19,453 nt of DNA from Azolla caroliniana (lineage: Eukaryota; Plantae; Polypodiophyta). The position numbers and the translations under genes were made by a program. This document shows positions 1-10,845 of the stretch, one piece after another (the stretch's first letter is position 1; every line of letters starts with the position of its first letter). Under the pieces are notes generated by a model that saw only the letters and a program-made list of their open reading frames with translations, ran no database searches and was not told where the DNA came from. Location: positions 1 to 19,453 of the forward strand of contig JBHGNT010000605.1 in assembly GCA_043228905.1 (NCBI GenBank). Reading direction: 5' to 3'.

Positions 1-519
1 ACTCATTCTCCTTGGTGATGAGGAGCAGTTCTTCTTCACTTGTCGTGATCGCCAACATTCCTTTCCGATCCAGACCTCTCCAATCTGAACCATTTCGGTC
101 TGAACTCTTCTTCGAATCGGTGGTGTCGACCCCTTTCTCTTTCCGAAAATGCCAACAGTTCTTCTGGAAGTGCCCTGGCTTCCCACAGTAGAAGCAAGTA
201 GGCCTCCCTCTTGACTTTGATCTCGTCCCCGATTTGTCCTAGTTTTGGGGGCTCCGATTTCGGCCTCTTCCCCGGTTTCGGTCGTACTTTCTTCATTGAT
301 TTTTTTGTACATGCTCATGTCGATGAAGCACCGTATGTATGTCATCGTCTTCATGTGCATCACCTCCCATGTCGTGGCATCGATCTTGTCCGGTTTCTTG
401 TCCTCGAACTGTACCGGCAGCCAGAGATCTTTGACCTCGAGCATGTCCCTCATCTTCGACTTCCACACTGGGTAGTTGGAGCCGGTGAGCTTGAACATGC
501 TTTCGAATGACTCTTCCAT
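1..519 (-). pseudogene. Ty1/copia gag pseudogene, copy 1 (internally deleted, runs off the window start)
   Basis: Manual translation from ATG at 519 gives MEESFESMFKLTGSNYPVWKSKMRDMLEVKDLWLPVQFEDKKPDKIDATTWEVMHMKTMTYIRCFIDMSMY, a Tnt1/Tork-type gag N-terminus. After a frameshift and a stop it reads ...RSKSRGRPTCFYCGKPGHFQKNC (CX2CX4HX4C zinc knuckle) and ...AITTSEEELLLITKENE. About 380 bp present in copy 2 (~1260-1640) is missing. Confidence 0.85.
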
Positions 520-529
520 TTTCTTGTTA

Positions 530-541
530 GCTCTTATACCA
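530..541 (-). promoter_or_regulatory. Primer-binding site (tRNA-iMet type) of copia copy 1
   Basis: The minus strand reads TGGTATAAGAGC, one mismatch from canonical TGGTATCAGAGC. It lies 3 nt from the LTR ...CA end (545) and just upstream of the gag ATG at 519. Confidence 0.8.
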
Positions 542-544
542 GTT

Positions 545-1020
545 TGTGCAAAATAGTGCTCGGCCACAACCGAGACTCAAACACTTTATGAGAGAACAAA
601 ACAGAAATGGAGGTTCGTACACTTACAGAGAAGAGACAACACAAGATGTTTACGTGGAAAACCCTAATAGGGAAAACCACGGGAGCCCACAGACTCTAAC
701 TATCACTATATGAGAAAGGAGATACCCCAAGAGATTCAGAGGCAACAACCTTGAGCTCTGTATCTTCGCAAACCGGCGGCTTCTCTTCTCTCTCTCTCTC
801 TGTACAACTATGATACAACTAACAACAACAACAACCACACATCTAAAGTGATTGCCCTAAGTCATATTTATACTTATATGACTTTAAGACTATTTACAAA
901 TATAGCCTTTACAAGCACCAGAAACATATTTGCAGATATGTCCCTGGATCCGGATACCTTCCAGTCCGGTCCGGTTCCTTCCTTCGGCTCGTCCGATCCG
1001 GCTCCTCTGGATCCCATCCT
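545..1020 (-). mobile_element. LTR of copia copy 1 (outer end truncated or uncertain)
   Basis: Starts with TG next to the PBS. It shares collinear blocks with LTR 1899-2396: cacaaccga, acacaagat..tggaaaaccct..gggaaaa..gggagcccacagactc, gcaacaaccttgagctc, tatttacaaatatagcct and ggatccgg. No matching terminal inverted end was found; it abuts gag copy 2 at ~1020. Confidence 0.7.
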
Positions 1021-1854
1021 GATGAACAAGAGCTCCTCCTCACTCACAGCGATTGCTAAGGACCTGCTTTTGCTGTCCAAAATCTTCTTCGGCTCAACAC
1101 CATCAGCTCCCCCTTTGTCTCTTTGGTAGTGCTAACAATTCTTCTAGAAGTGCCCCAGCTTCCCACAATAGAAGCACATGGGTCTTCCCTTCGACTTTGA
1201 CCTCGGTCTAGGTCCTTGTTTTGCAGACTTCTTTGCCAGCCCCTTCCTTTGTAGGAGTCACCTTCTATGACTAGGGCCTTATGATCGGATATGGACTCTC
1301 TGTCCTTCTGGCGAGCTTCTTCATTCAACAAGCTTGACTTCACCATCTCTAGGGACAATTGCTTCCCTTGTGGTCCTGTGTTTCCGAAGGTCACCATGAG
1401 CGTCTCCCAATTGTTCGAAAGGGATCCCAACAACAACAATGCCAGTACCTCGTCAGCTAGAGGTACTTCTAGAGAGGTGGTATGATTTATCAATCCTTGG
1501 AAGGTATTCAGGTGCTCAACCATGCTTGAGCTATTCTGATATATCAGTGTCACTATCTTCCTAAAAACTGAGACTCTATTTACGACGTTCTTATTTTCAA
1601 ACATGACCCCGATCTTCTTCCAAAGGACATCGACATATGTCTCTTCGTTAAAGCTGTTGTATAGAGTCATGTCTATAAAACACCTTATGTATGTTGTTTC
1701 CTTTAGATGCAAGACTTCCCAAGTCGGTGTGTCGATCTTGTCAGCCTTGGTCTTGTCGTATTGCATCGGCAACCAACATGTCCCTCATCGTCAACTTCCA
1801 CGCAGAGTAGTTGGAACCAGTTAGCTTGAACATTCCGTCGAATGAGTCTTCCAT
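1021..1854 (-). pseudogene. Ty1/copia gag pseudogene, copy 2 (frameshifted, truncated before protease)
   Basis: From ATG at 1854 it reads MEDSFDGMFKLTGSNYSAWKLTMRDML. A small deletion shifts into ORF 1056..1772 (UBN2/gag-like: ..HLNTFQGLIN..LADEVLALLLLGSLSNNWETLMVT..LSLEMVKSSLLNEEAR). A second frameshift gives ..KGRPMCFYCGKLGHF*KNC*H, a zinc knuckle with two TAG stops, and ..SEEELLFI. Confidence 0.9.
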
Positions 1855-1884
1855 TTTCTTTCACTTGAAGGCTATGAACCTTCA

Positions 1885-1895
1885 CTCTGATACCA
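1885..1895 (-). promoter_or_regulatory. Primer-binding site (tRNA-iMet type) of copia copy 2
   Basis: The minus strand reads TGGTATCAGAG, 3 nt from the LTR end at 1899. Confidence 0.88.
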
Positions 1896-1898
1896 GTT

Positions 1899-2396
1899 TG
1901 TTAGGAAATGGGGCTCAAGCACAACCGAATTGCAAGCACACGAAGGGAAAACAGAGTACTAAACACAAAGATGATGCAACAACCCAGTGACACAAGATAT
2001 TAACATGGAAAACCCTCTATGGGAAAAACCATGGGAGCCCACAGACTCCGAATTGTTCCACTATAGGAGGAGAGAATACAAGGAGACTCACAAGCAACAA
2101 CCTTGAGCTCATCTTCGTCTAACTGACGGTTACACACACACTCACACTCTTCTCCTCCACACTCAGATTACAACTCTGTATAGTGATAACTAACTCTACA
2201 ACAACACAACTAACATGTTAGCCATAACTATATATATTCTTATACGCTGTAATGGTTATTTACAAATATAGCCTCTAATCGGCTACAACTGGATCACGAA
2301 TCCGGATGCATGTCGGACGTCTTCCCAACCAATCTAGTTCCTCGTCTGGATCCGGTTGACCAACACCTCCCATCTGGAGGGACTTGTTTCCCAACA
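1899..2396 (-). mobile_element. 5' LTR (~498 bp) of copia copy 2
   Basis: TG...CA termini with a 9/10 terminal inverted repeat (TGTTAGGAAA ... TTTCCCAACA), adjacent to the PBS. A TATA-like GGCTATATTT on the minus strand (~2264-2273) is conserved in LTR copy 1 (~898-907). Confidence 0.8.
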
Positions 2397-3329
2397 AGAA
2401 CTAGTGATGGGTATGACTTATGATATTTTTCATCTTGTCTTTAAGTGGGAACAAGAACTTACTAAACACATGCACACCCCTCGAGATATTGTTGATTCCA
2501 CTCCATCTGAGAATGCCAAATCAACCATCATTGGTCCCTATTTTCCCATAAACACCAAAGCGATCATGTTTGCTAAAAAACTGTCAACCCCATTCTCAAC
2601 ACCAATATTCGATGAGCTTTTGTTGAAGATGAACTCATCTTAGCCATGATCAAGCTCTTACTCCTGATTGTGTAAACCCACAACCTTTGTTCATCATAGC
2701 GTCCTCTATCCAAAGGTGGATTCTTCCATTGAATCCATTGTCTCACAAGTGTGTGATATCATTGATCGTCCAGCAAATGTGAAACAAGCAAAAGACCATC
2801 TATAAAATATGCTTAATTAGGCTTTAGGACTAGTTTTAATATGTCAAGGATGATTGTTTAGAAGACTATTAAGGAAAATAAGGTCATGTTCTTTAGTTGT
2901 GAAAACCTTATAAGGCCAATGATCATATTGTAATTTATGGACAACAATATGTAAGAATCACTAATGGCTAATAGAGTTGTAATGTGGACAGGACTCGTTA
3001 GGGTTTCCAACTTGTATAAAAGAGCATGACTCTCATGTAAAAAGGACATTTGGGTGCCATGACTTTAGGGGCTACATTTTCATCTTCATTCTCTCCCGTT
3101 TGCATCCAAGAAGAGCCACTTTCCTCTCTATAACTTTTCCACACTAATTAATCAAGATTTTTTTTTACGTAATATTTATCTAATTTGTTGGGATACCTTA
3201 TATGTTTACACTCATTATCTATTTAGTTAAGATAAATCATATTTTTTAAATAGTGTAATGATTAGATATGTGTTGAATTTATATTAACTTAAGACGCCTT
3301 TGAGGGCTTCAAGGGTTGCATGCAACATA

Positions 3330-3600
3330 GAGGCAAATGCTTTTATGTTGGGAACCCGTAGCATATTACCGACATCTCCAAATCCCTTGGTTACCCACCA
3401 AGAGGAAGGTGAATCTTCAAGATTCGATAGTGACCCTTGGAATTGCACACTCTAAGGTATGAGACATGTTGGCCCCTTTAAGGAAACTTGATTTAGAGAC
3501 CCAACAAATAGGACATTAAAGTTGAACAAGGGAGCAAGCCATCATGTAACATATATAAGACATCCAAATGGCACATTTGTAGTCGAGGGAGAATATTTTG
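3330..3600 (+). mobile_element. Highly decayed copia gag/protease remnant
   Basis: Translation gives GKCFYVGNP*HIT (degenerate zinc-knuckle-like) at ~3332 and GASHHVT at 3531-3551, resembling the copia protease DSGASHHMT motif. The order and spacing are as expected, but there is no intact ORF. Confidence 0.35.
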
Positions 3601-4216
3601 TGCTTGTCAATTTATGGCTAGTTGAGGCGTGATTCTATGTTCATCCATGTAAATAGAATTCATTGTTGGTATTGTGTTGTTGATTCTTGCTTGCACTCAT
3701 ATTTGGTATTCTCTAGTTGGTGTAAATTGCACAGCATAACTAATAGACAAGAGGCAAAAGTGACAATGTTTGAGGTATGAATGTTGCATAGAGTGTTATG
3801 CCACTCTCCAGACGAATATTAAGAATAGAAATGCTTGGCTAGTATACTATCAACCAACCCTCATGTACATAATAATGAATTGGGTATACTAGTTTATACA
3901 AGGTATAGAGAGCAAAATAGGCACCAAGACATAGCTAAAACCCAAACGAAATAATAGAGAATGGCCAAAAATCCCATCAGTTATACATCTAATCTATGGC
4001 TAAAGTAACTCATGTTCAATGTATGGCTCAATAAGCTATCACAATTTTGCACAAATCTATTGCTATACATGGACCCATAAACATGAGTATGTGCAATGTA
4101 ATAAATCATGTGCAAAAATGACTACGTGATACAGTGAAAATCTAGAAGTCGATCTCAAGGAGCAAAGATTTTGAGAAGCACAATATGCAACACACATGGA
4201 CTAGATTGCCTAGAGT

Positions 4217-4453
4217 ATGAGAGCATGGCCCAAAAGTACTAATAACTCCACGTGGAGGACAAGAATTAAGTTACAACAATTGGAATTGGTCAACCCAATA
4301 ACTGTTTGGATTCTATGGAAACAACAATGTAGACGGGTCTTCTCCAACCAAACCGTGCATCAAGTAATGTTAATGCAAGAGATATGGAGTGAAGTTACAA
4401 CAATCGGTCAATACAACAAACGGTTGCTATCCATGGGTGCTCTTTCAAGATAG
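4217..4453 (+). mobile_element. Probable LINE ORF2 C-terminal remnant
   Basis: The ORF contains ITVWILWKQQCRRVFSNQTVHQVMLMQEIWSE, resembling the W-x-I-W-x-x-R-(N/C)-x-x-x-F motif downstream of zf-RVT in plant L1-type LINEs. Confidence 0.4.
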
Positions 4454-4930
4454 TGCCTAGATGGTGGAAAGGACATTTTTTGGACATGGAACTTGATGAC
4501 TAGAGAAGCACATGTTATTTTGTGCATAGCTATAAGATGGATTTGTCTTTAAACACACTTTGATGCTAACGCACTAAAAGTTTTAGCATTCTATTGAATC
4601 CCATACATATGGAGGCAAACAAATGTATGAGTAAATATCTGTATTTGTTTCCCTTCTATCACTACCATCTATTACAAAGCACACAAAGGAAACAAATTTC
4701 ATCGAGGCAATTTCTACCCATGGCTGTATAGATCAAACACATTTTCTTCTTCAAAATGAAAATGAAATACTTACATAGAGCATGATCAACAAAAACTGGC
4801 AGTGAGAGAAAGTTTTCTTGCTTGATTTACAGATCAAGCATTGTTCAGCTCATCGATCAGAGTTGTAAACAAAAAACACACCACACCTAACACTAAAAAC
4901 AGTTCAATACTCTTTGTTTGTGTTGTTTTC

Positions 4931-5478
4931 TTACGCGAATTGTCGTTTTGCTAGTTCCATTTTTAGAAGCAACTCTTTTACATCCGATTCCATCCGACTC
5001 TTCATCTTCTGGAATTCGTGATGTGAACTCTCCAATGTTTGCAACTCATCAAACCATTTTTGCCGCCTTTCTTCTGATTCCTCAAGCCTAAGTTTCGCAC
5101 ACTTGCATTCATAATCTTTATCGATTTGTTCGCACTTTACAGAGATAATGCGTCGAAGCCCCCCTGCTTCTTGCCGAGCTTCATCTGCACGCATCTGAAA
5201 CATATTTGATTCAGCTTGCTTGATCCGTACAGCACTCTCAATATCATCAATCTCTGCCATTCTCAAAGCCCGATCAAATTGCAATTGGGCTCCTCTCTTT
5301 TTCCCTGGATTTTGATCATTGCTGTGAAATCCTCCTTGTGCTTTATCTATATCTGAAAGTCTCTTACCCCCACTAGATGCAGCTTTAGCAATTGTTTCGA
5401 GATGGTCAGAATTCAAATCATTTGGCTGGAATGAAGGCTTTCTATCGGGTGTTCCAGCAGTTAGTTCAGCATCCCCTT
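4931..5478 (-). CDS. OBE4: OBE3/4-like exon 2 (Oberon coiled coil)
   Basis: Acceptor TTTCAATTTCATACAG|AA at 5479/5478 is in frame with ORF 4931..5416 (IESAVRIKQAESNMFQMRADEARQEAGGLRRI...KMKSRMESDVKELLLKME). Stop TAA at 4931. Confidence 0.92.
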
Positions 5479-8400
5479 CTGTATGAAATTGAAAAATAAT
5501 GTTAGCACATATTTGTACATTACCATTGTTGTAGCCCTATCTTGAAATTACATATTTTGCTTTACTGAAATTACAGTTTATCCTCCTTAGAACACTCACT
5601 TAAAACATACAAAAAGCAGTTCCTAAAGATTTTGTTTCTATCCTTTAATGATACATAACAGCTATGAAAATAAGCGCTTGTATAGCAATACATGTTAACC
5701 AAGCTGAGCAGTGAGCACAAATAGATGCACATTTACGTAAGGCAGATGAAACATCATTGCATTTGAAGTCACCCACCTAGTGGGAAATGCTTAGTGTCTC
5801 ATTGAAAAAGGGTACAACAGTCAAAGTAACATGAGATCAATCTTACCATTAAGGAACCGCAACATGCTCCTGCAAACTTCGGTTGCATTGACCTTGTTTT
5901 CAAGCTTCTGTAACATCTGTTCTGCCTTCAACCATAACTGTTTTCCTCTCATACCTTCACTTCCATGAAAGATCTTGCGAACACAGTCAAGCTCTTTTGC
6001 AAGTGTCTCAGCACCCCAGCCTTCAGCACATTTTTGAAACACCTCCTTCACAAATCCAAACAATTCTGACTTGTGATCACATCCAACACAGTGGTATTGC
6101 ATCTCGGCAGCATCGGTTGCAATTTGTGTACTTGAAGTGGGTGCAATGTAAGATTTTCTTAAGGCACAATCTGTATGACACCAATGCAAACAAACATCAC
6201 AACCCACCCATCGGCAAGTGTTGTTATCTGAATCAAACTTGAAGCACACTACACACATGCACTCATGGCAAAAACCACTTTTGTTGGAGCAAATCGTGCA
6301 TTCGCATCCACCAGCTGGTAATGACTGCTGGCATGCTGTGTTCGGACACTTGGTTTGTAAAAAGATATCTATAAGGGCCTTGTATGTTTGTGTCTTCGAC
6401 TTTCCTTCAACATATGCTTGCATCCCAGTTTTCAACGCAACAAGAATCTCTAGTTGTGTACGATGTGCACGCAACAGGACATTCTCTGTCAAGTCTTTCC
6501 GCTTTCTGATATTGTCTTGCAGAATCATGAATTCTTCTCGCTTCTCGAAACAACATAGCACCATGCGTGCCAATCCTTTCAAACCCTCGAGAAAGCTATC
6601 AGGTAACTCTTGCAGTTTCTGTGCCATAATTGCAACTGGTTGTGTTGCAATCTCTTGGAGCCCAATTTTTTCACAAAACGTGTTTCTCTCCTCTAGCACA
6701 TCATCATTTGTTGGAGAGGTGGCTGGCTTGGCATTACCTGACGAAGGATCAATGAACTTGTCCTTCCCATGCGGCACATTTGTATCAAATCCAACTTTTC
6801 CGGATAATGCTTCTTGTTTTGATGCAAACCATGCTTTTTGCTGACGGATTCTCTCCCTTATTAATTCCTCATGTGTTAATGCTTGTTTTCCTGATCCCTC
6901 AAGGCCTTGTATGCTTGACTCTACCATTTTTGGACCTTCCAATTTCGGCACGAATTGGCAAGTCCGTTGGGATATATGGTTGCTTCCTGAGCTTCTATTG
7001 CTTCCAGTAACTGATGGAAACCCCTGATGCATGCTGCCATTCTGTAAAACACGTTGATAGAGTGGGTTTCTATGCCTATTCTTAGACCTTTCTCGAGACA
7101 AACTCGTAACTGTATGCATTTCGTGTTGATTTCCGTTAACAGCTGGCCAGCTCCTATGAGACATGTGCTCAGTTCCTTGGGAAAATTGTTGTTTGCTTCC
7201 ACCACATGAAAGTTCTTGGTTTTCCACCGAAGTGCAATTCAAAGAACAGCTCGGATTGTGTATAAACGATTCAGATTGTGAAAAAGAGAACGATGAAGTA
7301 AATCCATCCGAGTTAGCATGAGTCTGAGACATAGAAAAATTCTGGGTTTGTGTATGAGTGTTTGTTAGAGAGTGTATACTCCTCTCTGGTTCTGCAGCCA
7401 GAACCACCAAATCTGGAGGATTACTAGTACCTGGCATTGCCAAAGATAGCTGAAGTGGCTCTACCTTCGATTTCTTCTGCTTCTGGCTAGAATATTGACT
7501 TGATTCTTTGTCCAAGCCACCCAAAAGATCCATACCCTTTCTTTGTTCCATGGTGTGAATGGCTTCCATTCGGTGCTCTTCAGATCTGCTGAGATTCCCT
7601 ACATTATGTCCCTCTATATCACTGCTTTCACCACGTGTAGCTAATTTTGTGAAAAGGGACAATGTTAATTCATTGCCCGAGTCATTAACTTCATCAACAT
7701 GGTTCCGATCACATCTCTTCATATCTTTTCTTTCCTCTAGGAGGTGAAATGTCATCACTTCCTTTGCCATTTCAAGGGTCTCCTTGCTAGATGTTACTAT
7801 ATCCTTACATTGCAAATGCAAGTTCATTTCATTTTTTGCTAGAGTTTGCAGCTTCGTAGAACCACCCTGAACTCTCGATGTTTCTTCACTGCTTCTACAT
7901 GGTTGAGTTTCTGTATCAATTGGATCTCCAAAAACTTCCTTCCCTTCCAAAGCATGCGTAGGGGATGTATGCACCCCTTCTCTATCAGATATTGCTTGAT
8001 TTTCCGTAGGATTCATGGTATCTAGTATTTCATCATTTTCAGTAGCATTTCCTTCGGGCTCCAATTCACCTTCTTCCATATCACTCTTATCATCATCATT
8101 TTTATTTAAAATCGATTTTTTCTCATTTTGTACCTTGATACTAACCTGAGACATTGTTCTAAGAGTTGAGACGGCATCATTGATTGCATCATCGGCCTCA
8201 GAAATAACTACATCATCATCTTTTGCTTTTTTGTCCTTCCCAAAGTCAAGAATTTGAGAGAGCTTATTCTGTTGTTCACTGGCCATATCTAGCCTAGGCT
8301 TCTTTGAGATGTGGGCAAAAGCCCCGCGATGACTCTTCTCTCTTTGCATTTCCACATTTCGGTGTCTTGCCTCTGTCCCATTCTCTCCATTAACGGCAAG

Positions 8401-9048
8401 TTTGTTCTTTTGAGACCTAATACCATCCTCATTAATGGAGTTATAATCACCCTTTTCTTTATAGTAACACTCTTCCTTGTAGGAAGGGTTCGATCTTGAC
8501 TTGGGCAAAGTTCTAGCATTCACATCACCAAGATGTGTAGAATCCATGTCTTTTCTGAGAGAGAACTTTGATGAAGAAGAAATTGCATGGTTATCCATCA
8601 TACTAGATATTCTTTGCATTCTCTCATCTCTCTGATCACACTCCATCTCTTTGACTCTTGCAAGACTATCTTCATCCGAAGCAATAGAACTTCTAGGTGA
8701 AACCCTACATACGTCTCTCCTTACAAAATCACAGCTCGTACCATTAGATGGGTCAAACTCGCATTCAGGAGTGGAAGATGATGGCCTTGACCTCGGCCTT
8801 GACCTTGACCTCGATCTTGACCGTGACCTTGACCGTGACCGTGACCTTGACCGTGGTCTTTTCCTCTGCCCTGTTTCAGAGCTCCTCCGGGGAGGGATGC
8901 TCATAGCTTCTGAGCTCCCACGAAGGTTTGGTTCACTGGAATGGGAATGGGTATGGATGCTTCGTAGGTGGAAATCCGCGTCATGGCTTTGAGGGAGAGG
9001 GTTACTGTCAGATCTATTCCTTACCTCAAGCTTCGAAGAGGATTCCAT
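4931..9048 (-). CDS. OBE4: OBERON3/4 (TITANIA)-like PHD-finger protein, ~1249 aa; join(complement 5847..9048, 4931..5478)
   Basis: Contains the Oberon PHD (C.N..CQQSLP..CECTICSNKSGFCHECMCVVCFKFD..NTCRWVGCDVCLHWCHTDC..YHCVGCDHKSELFGFVKEVF), family motifs DMEEGELEPE, SDGFTSSFSFS..FIHNPSCSL and AHRTQLEILVALKTG, and the C-terminal Oberon coiled coil. The GT-AG intron 5479..5846 keeps the frame (3750 nt total). The symbol indicates clade similarity, not proven orthology. Confidence 0.93.
5847..9048 (-). CDS. OBE4: OBE3/4-like exon 1 (disordered N-terminus and PHD)
   Basis: Part of the 1075-aa ORF; donor AATG|GTAAGA at 5847/5846, phase 1. Confidence 0.92.
8782..8859 (-). repeat. Hexamer repeat (A/C)GGTCA encoding an RS-dipeptide tract in the OBE-like CDS
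   Basis: AGACCA, nine mostly CGGTCA/AGGTCA units, then AGGCCG AGGTCA AGGCCA, encoding RP(RS)9RPRSRP. Confidence 0.9.
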
Positions 9049-9050
9049 TA

Positions 9051-9139
9051 GTGCGTGCGTGTGCTTGTGTGTGTGTGTGTGTGTGTGTCTGTGAGAGAGA
9101 AACAGAGACAGAGACAGAGAGACAGAGAGACAGAGAGAG
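9051..9139. repeat. Compound microsatellite (GT)n/(GAGACA)n immediately 5' of the OBE-like ATG
   Basis: Directly visible; followed by a poly-T tract at ~9176-9201. Confidence 0.9.
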
Positions 9140-9769
9140 CTTCAGAACGCCATAGCCTGCCCTGAGAAATTTGTGTTTTTTTTTGTTTTTTTTTTTTTTT
9201 TGCTGTGGGGGGCTGCAGAACAGAAATTAGTTTTGATTTCTGTTTTTCTTTGGATTTTTGTTTTACTTTTCGAATTCCTTTTTCTTTGTCAACGCTGCAC
9301 AAAAATTTGAAACCCAAGTTTTTTTTTAAAAACAAAACGTGTATGTTGGAGTGAAGAAGCTATGACTACGTGGGATGGACTTTGTCCGCCCACTCGGACT
9401 TTGGACACTCGTACTCGGACCTTTGGACCCATACCCAAGACCCAAGACCCAGACCTAGACCTGGCCTTTGCTTGGACGTGCCCCCAAATTCACCTTTCAT
9501 GTGTTTTGGCTCCAAGAAACTATGGAAGAGAGGGAGCCTACCTGACCGACCGACTCATTGACCGAGATATGAGAATGCCCACGACCTAGACCATCTGAAT
9601 CTCTTTGGGGAAATCATACGTTATCATACTCAAGATTATTTATCTGATAAAGGAGAGAAGACAATAAATCTACGAAGAGAGCAGGAATGCACCATCAACG
9701 TGCATAGGGCCTCTGATGAGTTGAGTAATACGTGTGCGGATAATTAGACCAAGCCTTGAACTATCTCAC

Positions 9770-10265
9770 CTTCGAAGTAATGTGTATCCTCTTTCTAGTG
9801 TTCTTCCTCATGGCTGTTATCAAGGCTTATGGATGGTGCAAACTCTTCCCAAGCATGTAATGCACCTTGATGCATGCCCCTTACCTCTTAGTCCCCTTAA
9901 AATCATGGCATGGATCTTAGTCTTCATATTTGGCTCAAGTATCCAAAAGGCAAAACATTTGGGTTATTAAAATTGCAAGACAATAATAGTATACCATGGA
10001 AAAGGGAATCACACCAGGAAATAATGCCACATCCTTCATGCGCATTGAACCTCTACCATCTATGCACACCTTTCATGCAATAAAATTCTTGTTCAAACAT
10101 GTTGCATTTTACAAACATGTGTACTGGTCAAACAATAAGGCCACATTGTTAGGTGGAGATAACCAACAATGTGATTGTATTTTGTCATGTAAGATAACCA
10201 CGCACACATAATGTTGACAAAAGTTTTGGAGCAACATTTTCCCTTCTTGTTGCAAAATCTAAAAA
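9770..10265. mobile_element. Degenerate repeat/retroelement-derived remnant
   Basis: Broken coding-like peptides occur on the minus strand (EGCGIISWCDSLFHGILLLSCNFNNPNVLPFGYLSQI, ~9927-10037; GALHAWEEFAP, ~9835-9866) and on the plus strand (NVDKSFGATFSLLVAK, ~10210-10257). They resemble, from memory only, repetitive TE-derived hypothetical proteins in fern annotations; not verified by search. Confidence 0.35.
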
Positions 10266-10828
10266 TGATTACACTAGGTATACACTATGAATGTTTCGTC
10301 CCTGTAAGCAAAGGCCCACAATGAGTTCACTCTTAAATATAAAATCTAAGCCAAACGATCATGAATGCCTACATGATAACTATAAATATAGTGTGCCAAA
10401 AATGTGTGTATTAGGTTGCGGAAAGTTCTTTCGAGTTTGTTACCTATCTCACTTAGATTTTGTATGGTATTATTTAGAATATTACAAGGAGCTTAGGTAT
10501 CTATTAGAAAGCATGAAATATTCACCAACATTATGGTTTATTGAGAGAAAGTTAGGCTATATTGGTGTTTTTTCTCTTATTGTCTCGTGACTACCCCATT
10601 TGTGAATTTAAGTAAATAGTACTTTAAATAAGTTAGTAATCATGCAATTAGGGTCCTCCGCTCAACAATGCCAAACACTAAACCAAGTGTAAATGAGTAC
10701 ATGTCATATCAACTTACCTCGTACACCACTTATGTGTACATTGTATTTAACAACAATGCCATTAATCATCAAGCAAACATATATATATTGGGCCATCTAG
10801 TGCACTAATTTTATTCTCTTTAATTGTT

Positions 10829-10845
10829 ACACACACACACACACA
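10829..10845. repeat. (AC)n microsatellite
   Basis: Directly visible, about 8 units. Confidence 0.85.

Noticed and set aside
2356-3049. Short ORFs 2356..2643 and 2858..3049
   Set aside because: No recognisable similarity; AT-rich intergenic or decayed repeat DNA.
6218-8992. Plus-strand ORFs inside the OBE-like exon (e.g. 6218..6844, 8651..8992)
   Set aside because: These are antisense shadows of the long CDS with no recognisable domain.
9048-9335. 95-aa ORF whose TAA overlaps the OBE-like ATG (TAATG), resembling translational coupling
   Set aside because: It starts at TTG, has no in-frame ATG, and consists of poly-A and SSR low-complexity sequence.
9370-9465. Short degenerate repeats (ctcggac(c)tttggac, cccaagac) and ORFs 9362..9589 and 9370..9561
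   Set aside because: Low-complexity sequence with no terminal repeats or domain; it cannot be assigned to a feature.
9713-9775. CTGATGAG, a possible hammerhead ribozyme core
   Set aside because: No stem II followed by GAAA at a suitable distance.
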